Origin: Candidatus Saccharimonadales bacterium
GTDB taxonomy: Bacteria; Patescibacteriota; Saccharimonadia; Saccharimonadales; UBA4665
NCBI GenBank assembly: GCA_050011495.1
Contig: JBEKIY010000002.1
Span: 1 to 31,739 of the forward strand
Direction of reading: 5' to 3'
DNA: 31,739 nt
In this document: piece by piece, positions 20,721 to 27,633 of the stretch
Layout: each line of letters begins with the position of its first letter
How positions within the stretch are numbered: the stretch's first letter is position 1
The notes under the pieces: model-generated
The model's input: only the letters and a program-made list of their open reading frames with translations
Told to the model about the DNA's origin: nothing
The model's database searches: none
Program-made: the position numbers and the translations under genes

Positions 20721-21959
20721 ATGCACGACCAATCTATACCACATTATGTGGGAATTGACATTGGCACCAGTACAGTTAGATGTATCATCGGCGTACTTGA
20801 CCCCCATGATACATCAAGATTCTCGATTATCGGTTATGGAGCAGCCCCCAATGTCGGTATGCGGCGTGGTGTAGTGGTTTACGCTGATGATGTCTCAGAA
20901 GCAATTATCCAAGCCATTACTGAAGCCGAACGACTGGCTGGGGTGCGCATTCATCAAGCAACCGTTAATATTAATGGTTCACATATTAGTGGCATGAATT
21001 CCAAGGGCGTAATTGCGATTAGTACAGCTAATCGCGAAATTACAACTGAGGATCGATTAAGAGTTGAAGAAGCAGCAACAATTATTCAGCTACCATCTAA
21101 CAGGGAAATTGTCCAAGTCTTTGCGAAAAACTATCGCCTAGATGGTCAAGATAATATAAAAGACCCTGTTGGTATGAGAGGTGTTAGACTAGAAGTTGAA
21201 ACACACATTGTCACTGCCGCTTCACCAAGTTTGAGAAATCTAGATGCTGCTCTCCAAAAAGCTGAAGTAATTCCTAATCGGCATACATTATCTGGACTAG
21301 CAGCCGTGGAAACTGTTCTGAATCGCCAACAAAAGGAATCTGGCACTATCTTGCTCGATATTGGCGCCGGCACTACTAATATTGTAGTAATTGAAGATGG
21401 CGAGATTCAACATGTGGCAGTTATTCCAATGGGCGGTGTTCATATTACCAATGATTTAGCAATCGGCTTAAAAACTGACCTTGACATAGCTGAACTAGTA
21501 AAAATTAATCATGCTCATATTGGGGCAGAACCTAAAAAGGATAAAATCTCGGTTGATTATAATAAAAAAACTTATCACTTTGATGCTGCTGATGTAGTTA
21601 TGATAAGCGAAGCCCGGGTCGAAGAACTGTTAGATTATGTAGCCAAAGAGCTGCATCGCATTCAACGCTGGCGGAAATTACCCGGGGGAGTGGTATTGGT
21701 CGGAGGATCGGCTAAGTTACCGGGGTTACCGGATTTTGTCAGTGATAAATTAGAGTTAGCCGCCCGAGTTGGCGAACCCCAAATGATGACCGGTTTAATT
21801 GAAAAAGTAACCGATCCGGCAGCTTTTACGGCTGTAGGTTTAGCATTATTAGACATGCTTTTGCTTCCCATTGATGAAAACAGCCGACACTCAGTAAAGA
21901 ACATGAACACTAAAATTTTCACTTCATTATCAGGTTTGTGGCGGTCGTTTAAACGTTAA
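20721..21959 (+). CDS. ftsA: Cell division protein FtsA
   Basis: VGIDIGT, GVRLEV..HIV, DIGAGTT, MGG.HITND, VGGSAKL and a C-terminal amphipathic helix; ATG 20721 preferred. Confidence 0.95.
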   Translation: MHDQSIPHYVGIDIGTSTVRCIIGVLDPHDTSRFSIIGYGAAPNVGMRRGVVVYADDVSEAIIQAITEAERLAGVRIHQATVNINGSHISGMNSKGVIAISTANREITTEDRLRVEEAATIIQLPSNREIVQVFAKNYRLDGQDNIKDPVGMRGVRLEVETHIVTAASPSLRNLDAALQKAEVIPNRHTLSGLAAVETVLNRQQKESGTILLDIGAGTTNIVVIEDGEIQHVAVIPMGGVHITNDLAIGLKTDLDIAELVKINHAHIGAEPKKDKISVDYNKKTYHFDAADVVMISEARVEELLDYVAKELHRIQRWRKLPGGVVLVGGSAKLPGLPDFVSDKLELAARVGEPQMMTGLIEKVTDPAAFTAVGLALLDMLLLPIDENSRHSVKNMNTKIFTSLSGLWRSFKR

Positions 21960-22035
21960 AATAAAATCGAACCATTTAATATATTGTTATACCCATGGTG
22001 GATAATTAAATATTCATAATTGAACAAATGAATTG

Positions 22036-22064
22036 TTGAACTGGTCTCTGGTATAGGGTATACT
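22036..22064 (+). promoter_or_regulatory. ftsZ promoter (TTGAAC-17-TATACT)
   Basis: 17-nt spacer; -10 ends 30 nt before the ATG. Confidence 0.6.
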
Positions 22065-22094
22065 CGCCTATATAACTAAATATGAGAGTGAGTT

Positions 22095-23462
22095 ATGCCA
22101 CAAGTATCGCCGCCAATTGAAACTTTTGCACGTATTAAGGTCGTAGGTGTAGGTGGCGCCGGTGGAGCCGCCATCAATCGTATGGTGGAAGCTGGCGTTG
22201 AGGGAGTTGAATTTATCGCAGTTAATGCCGATGCCCAAGCCATTCATAATTCCAAGGCCCAAGTAAAACTTCACATTGGCAAAGATACTACCAAAGGATT
22301 AGGCGCTGGCGCCGATCCAGTTATTGGTCAGCGCGCAGCCGAAGAATCTAGGGATGACATTGTTAAGGCTCTAGAAGGGGCCGATATGGTTTTTGTAACT
22401 TTGGGGGCTGGTGGTGGTACTGGCAGTGGCGCCGGTCCGATAGTGGCTCAGCTGGCTAAAGACCTAGGAATATTAGTAGTCGGTTTCGCAACTAAACCAT
22501 TTGCTTTTGAAGGTGAAAAACGCCGCCGTAATGCCGAAACGGCCATTAATAGTTTACGAAAATCAGTAGATACGCTGATTGTTGTACCTAATGACCGATT
22601 ACTGCAAACTATTGACCGACAAACTCCATTACTAGAAGCATTTAAAGTTGCTGATGATGTTTTACGTCAAGGTGTGCAGGGTATATCTGATCTAATAACA
22701 GTTCACGGATTAATTAATTTGGATTTTGCCGATGTAAAAACGGTTATGAGCAATGCTGGCTCAGCGTTAATGGGCATTGGTCGAGCGAGCGGCGAGAACC
22801 GTGCCATTCAGGCAGCACAGCAAGCAATTGAATCGCCACTTTTGGAAATATCCATTGATGGGGCCAGAGGGATTCTGTTTAACGTGATCGGCGGCAACGA
22901 CCTAACTATGCATGAAATTAACACTGCGGCTGAAGCAATTACGTCAGCTGCTGACCCAGAAGCAAACATAATTTTCGGAGCTACAATTAACCCAGACCTC
23001 GATGGAGAGATAATAATCACGGTTGTCGCCACCGGATTTGACGATTCATACTTTACTAATCGTAAAATAACTACTGGCATACCAAGCAGATCCACTAAAA
23101 CGCAGCTGACTGACAAAGAAACTGATAAAAAAGCCATGACCAATAAATCAGAAGATAGCGTAATGGGGAACTTGGACATGGATTTGGATGATACTGATGC
23201 CGAAAGTGATTTTCATAATGAAGATGACGGACCTAATATGTGGACGATAGACGATAAAGATGAAGGTGATGCAGAAACCGACAAATCAGAAATAGACCAG
23301 GCCGAGCTTAAAGAGGAAAATCAAGATACTCCTCGGGTTATAAATGGCGCGTTAGAAGATAACGATGAGGATGAAGTTGAAAAACAACCTTCGTTTTTAC
23401 GACGATTGAAAAATCGCCGGAAGAATAATCCGGATGACGAAAATCAAGAACAACAAAATTGA
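22095..23462 (+). CDS. ftsZ: Cell division protein FtsZ
   Basis: VGVGGAGG, tubulin signature GGGTGSG, NLDFADV and C-terminal PSFLRR peptide. Confidence 0.98.
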   Translation: MPQVSPPIETFARIKVVGVGGAGGAAINRMVEAGVEGVEFIAVNADAQAIHNSKAQVKLHIGKDTTKGLGAGADPVIGQRAAEESRDDIVKALEGADMVFVTLGAGGGTGSGAGPIVAQLAKDLGILVVGFATKPFAFEGEKRRRNAETAINSLRKSVDTLIVVPNDRLLQTIDRQTPLLEAFKVADDVLRQGVQGISDLITVHGLINLDFADVKTVMSNAGSALMGIGRASGENRAIQAAQQAIESPLLEISIDGARGILFNVIGGNDLTMHEINTAAEAITSAADPEANIIFGATINPDLDGEIIITVVATGFDDSYFTNRKITTGIPSRSTKTQLTDKETDKKAMTNKSEDSVMGNLDMDLDDTDAESDFHNEDDGPNMWTIDDKDEGDAETDKSEIDQAELKEENQDTPRVINGALEDNDEDEVEKQPSFLRRLKNRRKNNPDDENQEQQN

Positions 23463-23501
23463 TTGTTGTCGTTAAAATTACTTTGTTAATATTATTGCCA
23501 A

Positions 23502-23550
23502 ACACTATTTATAGAGTTACCATAATTAGTATAGGCACTATATATAGGAT
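23502..23550 (+). promoter_or_regulatory. Tandem NrdR boxes (23502-23517 and 23535-23550) overlapping promoter TTGCCA-17-TACCAT (23495-23523)
   Basis: acaCTATTTATAGagt and gcaCTATATATAGgat match the acaCwAtATaTwGtgt consensus; starts are 33 bp apart. Confidence 0.8.
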
Positions 23551-23600
23551 GTTAGCTATAAGTGTCGGCACATTTAGATTGAATAAAGGAGGTGTGCATT

Positions 23601-24089
23601 ATGAAGTGCAACCAATGTCAACAAGCTGATACTAAAGTTATTGAATCACGCGATGTTGCTGAGGGTGAATCTGTTAGACGCCGCCGTGTTTGCATGAATT
23701 GCCATTATCGTTTTACAACGTATGAGCGTATTGAACGACCGCAATTAATCGTAGTTAAGAATAGTGGCAAACGCGAATTGTTTCATCGGGAAAAATTGTT
23801 GTCAGGACTATTTAAAGCTTGCGAGAAAACAGCTGTCACCAGTCTGCAGCTTGAGTATCTAGTTAACGACGTTGAAAACGAACTGCAAGCTTGTGGTGAG
23901 ACAGAAATTCATTCAGCGGTTATTGGTGATTTAGTGATGGATCGTCTGGCAAATATCAACGAAGTAGCTTATGTAAGATTTGCTAGCGTCTATCGTCATT
24001 TCAAAGACATCGATGGTTTCGAAAAGGAACTAGTCGATATTAAAAAACGTCGGGCAAATGATCCTTTGAAAACCACAGTTAAGGCTTAA
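23601..24089 (+). CDS. nrdR: Transcriptional repressor NrdR
   Basis: CNQC...RRRRVCMNC..RFTTYE, ATP cone and YVRFASVYR; SD AAAGGAGG 8 nt before ATG 23601. Confidence 0.97.
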   Translation: MKCNQCQQADTKVIESRDVAEGESVRRRRVCMNCHYRFTTYERIERPQLIVVKNSGKRELFHREKLLSGLFKACEKTAVTSLQLEYLVNDVENELQACGETEIHSAVIGDLVMDRLANINEVAYVRFASVYRHFKDIDGFEKELVDIKKRRANDPLKTTVKA

Positions 24090-24244
24090 GTAATTTATTT
24101 AGTTGGCTTGAATAAATAAAATATATAAGTTATAACCTATTATTAGCGAGTAGAGACGCTCGGGTGGGTTAAGGTTTCTGGGGCTTTATCACACCGGAAC
24201 ACCAGAAATAAAAATTTAATAACATAACAATAAGTGAGGGAATT

Positions 24245-27013
24245 ATGGGACAAACAACCGATTTACGGGTTGGGAGGTTATTTACTCAACCAAAAAAGAA
24301 GGCTTACGATCAATTAAATTGGATATTAAGCGATTCAATCATCATTAATCCACAAAGTAAAACGCCAGTTTTTGAGCAGAAAGGCGTTGAATTTCCAGAG
24401 GGCTGGTCACTTAATGCAATTAATATTGTAGCCCAGAAATATTTCACCGGCACACCAGGTACAGCAACTCGAGAAAAATCATTAAAACAACTTATTGACA
24501 GAGTAGTAGATACTATTACGCGTGAGGGAGTACAGAACGGTTATTTTGATACCGAAACTGAAGCCGAAGATTTCCGCGAAGAACTTAAGTATATTCTGGC
24601 AACCCAACGGGCATCGTTTAATTCACCAGTATGGTTTAACATAGGCGCCAACGAACGTTCCCAACAAGCCAGTGCTTGTTTTATTTTAGGTATTGAAGAC
24701 ACCATGCCATCGATATTGAATTGGTATGTTGAAGAGGGGATGATTTTCAAAGGCGGATCAGGATCAGGCATTAATCTAAGTCCCATCAGATCGTCAATCG
24801 AACCGCTTGGGAAGAGTGCTGGCACAGCATCGGGACCACTAAGTTTTATGCGTGGGGCCGATTCGTCAGCCGGAGCAATTAAGAGTGGTGGCAAAACTCG
24901 CCGAGCTGCCAAGATGGTTATATTGAATATTGACCACCCAGATATAGAGGCGTTTATATGGAGCAAGGCGATTGAAGAGCGCAAAGCAAGAGTGCTCCAA
25001 GAAGCCGGTTTTGATATGAATCTTGACGGTAAAGATGCGTTTTCAGTTCAATATCAGAATGCCAATATTTCAGTAAGAGTAACTGATGAATTTATGGAAG
25101 CTGTGGAAAATGATGAAGACTGGGAGTTGAAAGCGGTTAGAACCGGGAAAACAGTTAAAAAGCTAAAAGCCCGATACCTATACCGTCAATTTGCTGAAGC
25201 GGCCTGGGAATGTGCCGATCCAGGTATGCAGTTTGATACAACCATTAATCGTTGGCACACTACACCAAACGCCGGCCGTATAGAAGCCAGTAATCCTTGT
25301 AGTGAATATATGCATTTAAATAATTCAGCCTGCAACCTTGCTAGCATTAATCTATTGAAGTATTTGAATGACGATGGTACTTTCGATATCCCATCGTTTG
25401 AGCATACTATAGACGCCATATTTACGGCTCAGGAGATATTAGTCGGCTATAGTGAGTATCCAACCGAAAAGATAACTAAAAACGCCAGAGCATACCGAGA
25501 ATTAGGTCTAGGCTATGCTAATTTGGGGGCACTCTTAATGGCCCAAGGGTTACCATATGATTCTGATGAAGGTCGAGCTCAGGCTGCAGCTATTACTGCA
25601 CTAATGACTGGCCGTGCCTACGCCATTAGTGCAAAATTAGCTTGTAAGGTTGGACCATTTGCCGGCTACCATAAAGATAAAGAAGCAATGCTACAGGTCA
25701 TAAAAATGCATCGGGCTGAAATCTCGCAAATTGATGCCAGTCTGGTATCAGAAGAACTGCTTAATGCCGCCGTAGCCGCTTGGGATGAAGCTGTTGAGCT
25801 TAGTACGCTATATGGAGTTAGAAATTCACAAGCTAGCTTATTGGCTCCGACCGGCACGATTGGTTTAATGATGGATTGTGATACAACTGGTATTGAACCG
25901 GATTTAGGGTTAGTAAAAGTTAAAAAACTAGTTGGCGGTGGTACGATGAGTATCGTCAATCAAACTGTTCCGCGAGCTCTTAAATCATTGGGCTATAATG
26001 ACTCTGAAATTGACGATATCGTCAGATATATTGACGAAGAGAAGACGATTATCGGGGCGCCGCATTTGAAGAAACAGCATAAAAATGTTTTTGCCTGTTC
26101 GATGGGCGATAACGCGATTGAATACAAGGGCCATGTAAATATGATGGCTGCAGTTCAGCCGTTTTTATCCGGAGCTATAAGTAAAACAGTTAATATGCCA
26201 GAAACTATTAGTGTTGAAGACATTGAGCAACTGCATATTGATGCTTGGAAAATGGGGTTAAAATCAATAGCTATTTATAGGGATAATTGTAAGGTAGGGC
26301 AACCTTTAAGTATGGCCAAAAAAGAATCCGATAATGCTAAAATTTCAGTCTCGCCAATGACCAGTGATCGTATCGTAATTAAAGGTCCAGTTCGCCGCCA
26401 ACTGCCTAAAATACGTAATTCTAAGACCATTTCTTTTAAAGTAGCTGGTAGCCATGGATATATAACGGCAGGTGAATATGACGATGGTATGCCTGGAGAA
26501 ATATTTATGAGAATAGCTAAACAGGGTTCAACTCTGGCTGGTTTTATGGATGCCTTAGCCATTAGTGTCAGCCACGGCTTACAATATGGCGTTCCTCTCA
26601 AGGATTATGTTCGGTCGTTCACTAGCATGGCCTTTGCACCGTCAGGTTTAACAGATGACCCCGAAATAAGAACTGCTTCGAGTATTGTTGACTATATATT
26701 TCGTCGTTTAGCTTTGAGCTATCTTTCATTTGACGATCGATTGGAGCTTGGGTTGGCTTCAATCGACGACATAACCAGCGACCAGATTGTCTTTCCAGAA
26801 ATGGATAAAACATCAACTGAAATAGATAATACTGGGCCACAAATGATCGAAAGTGTTGAAGAACTAAAGGAAGATTCAGATACTGACATTAAAGAATTAA
26901 AAACATTTAGTAGCGACGTGTCGCCAATTTGTTACAATTGCGGAAATCAAACCCAAAGAGCTGGCAATTGCTTTGTCTGTACCAGCTGCGGGTCAACGAC
27001 CGGATGTTCATAG
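24245..27013 (+). CDS. nrdJ: Class II (adenosylcobalamin-dependent) ribonucleotide reductase with C-terminal TSCPD-type region and Zn ribbon
   Basis: FNSPVWFN, SACFI, RRAAKM, NPCSEY, CNLASIN, APTGTI, GAISKTVN and C-terminal CYNC...CTSC; no intein seen. Confidence 0.93.
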   Translation: MGQTTDLRVGRLFTQPKKKAYDQLNWILSDSIIINPQSKTPVFEQKGVEFPEGWSLNAINIVAQKYFTGTPGTATREKSLKQLIDRVVDTITREGVQNGYFDTETEAEDFREELKYILATQRASFNSPVWFNIGANERSQQASACFILGIEDTMPSILNWYVEEGMIFKGGSGSGINLSPIRSSIEPLGKSAGTASGPLSFMRGADSSAGAIKSGGKTRRAAKMVILNIDHPDIEAFIWSKAIEERKARVLQEAGFDMNLDGKDAFSVQYQNANISVRVTDEFMEAVENDEDWELKAVRTGKTVKKLKARYLYRQFAEAAWECADPGMQFDTTINRWHTTPNAGRIEASNPCSEYMHLNNSACNLASINLLKYLNDDGTFDIPSFEHTIDAIFTAQEILVGYSEYPTEKITKNARAYRELGLGYANLGALLMAQGLPYDSDEGRAQAAAITALMTGRAYAISAKLACKVGPFAGYHKDKEAMLQVIKMHRAEISQIDASLVSEELLNAAVAAWDEAVELSTLYGVRNSQASLLAPTGTIGLMMDCDTTGIEPDLGLVKVKKLVGGGTMSIVNQTVPRALKSLGYNDSEIDDIVRYIDEEKTIIGAPHLKKQHKNVFACSMGDNAIEYKGHVNMMAAVQPFLSGAISKTVNMPETISVEDIEQLHIDAWKMGLKSIAIYRDNCKVGQPLSMAKKESDNAKISVSPMTSDRIVIKGPVRRQLPKIRNSKTISFKVAGSHGYITAGEYDDGMPGEIFMRIAKQGSTLAGFMDALAISVSHGLQYGVPLKDYVRSFTSMAFAPSGLTDDPEIRTASSIVDYIFRRLALSYLSFDDRLELGLASIDDITSDQIVFPEMDKTSTEIDNTGPQMIESVEELKEDSDTDIKELKTFSSDVSPICYNCGNQTQRAGNCFVCTSCGSTTGCS

Positions 27014-27076
27014 ACCATACTATGTAGAGCAATAACAAAACCAAGTTATAATGATGTATATAATAGTTGGTAGATC

Positions 27077-27343
27077 ATGAAACTGGTAATTCTTTATAGA
27101 CCGAAATCTGAGCATGCAACACTAGTCGAATCTTTTAGCGAGAGAGTTCTCAGTGCCATGCCCAATGCTTCAATTGAGAATATTGACGTTGATAGCCCAG
27201 AGGGGATCGCTAAACTTGAAGTTTATGGCATACTGCAATTCCCGGCAGTGTTAATAGTAGCTGATAATGGTTCGTTGGTTGATATCTGGCTGGGGGATGC
27301 ATTGCCATCTGTTGATCAAGTAGTTGATAGCTTAAGACGATAA
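27077..27343 (+). CDS. Small thioredoxin/glutaredoxin-fold-like protein lacking cysteines
   Basis: beta-alpha-beta pattern, IDVDS.EG...YGILQFPAVLIV (cis-Pro-like FP); no CxxC. Confidence 0.55.
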   Translation: MKLVILYRPKSEHATLVESFSERVLSAMPNASIENIDVDSPEGIAKLEVYGILQFPAVLIVADNGSLVDIWLGDALPSVDQVVDSLRR

Positions 27344-27421
27344 TAGGATTGTTGTAAAACATAAAATGCTTTATAGTTACATCTTGTAACAACTTAAGAA
27401 ATGCGCTTTATCTTGAGAAAA

Positions 27422-27616
27422 GGATAAATTAGCGGTAATCAACCGTGAAGCAGCGAGAAGAAAAGTTTTTCTAAACTTAGTAGAACTCGACGGAAGCCCG
27501 TATAACGTTGAAAGTAAGCGCTTATTGAGATCATCTCTCAAAGGAAGTTGGATGGTACCGTCCTAAAAATAATATAATAGGATTCCAACAGATAATAGAG
27601 ATGATTTTTTATTTTT
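27422..27616 (+). ncRNA. T-box riboswitch (Ile, AUC specifier) in the ileS leader
   Basis: Antiterminator GTTGGA-TGGTACC-GTCCTA...TAGGAT-TCCAAC; Stem II with AGUA/GAA S-turn; Stem III TTGAGA/TCTCAA; AAUCA loop. Confidence 0.9.
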
Positions 27617-27633
27617 AGAATAAGAGGAGAAAT

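Noticed and set aside
21987-22005. DnaA-box-like pair (TTATACCCA / GGTGGATAA) upstream of ftsZ
   Set aside because: Both are mismatched and plausible by chance in AT-rich DNA.
24090-24244. Cobalamin riboswitch upstream of nrdJ
   Set aside because: No B12-box or other conserved cobalamin-element sequence, and the region is short.
24245-27013. Intein or intron in nrdJ (also checked gyrA and gyrB)
   Set aside because: Catalytic motifs are contiguous and lengths are normal; no splice-junction residues or endonuclease motifs seen.
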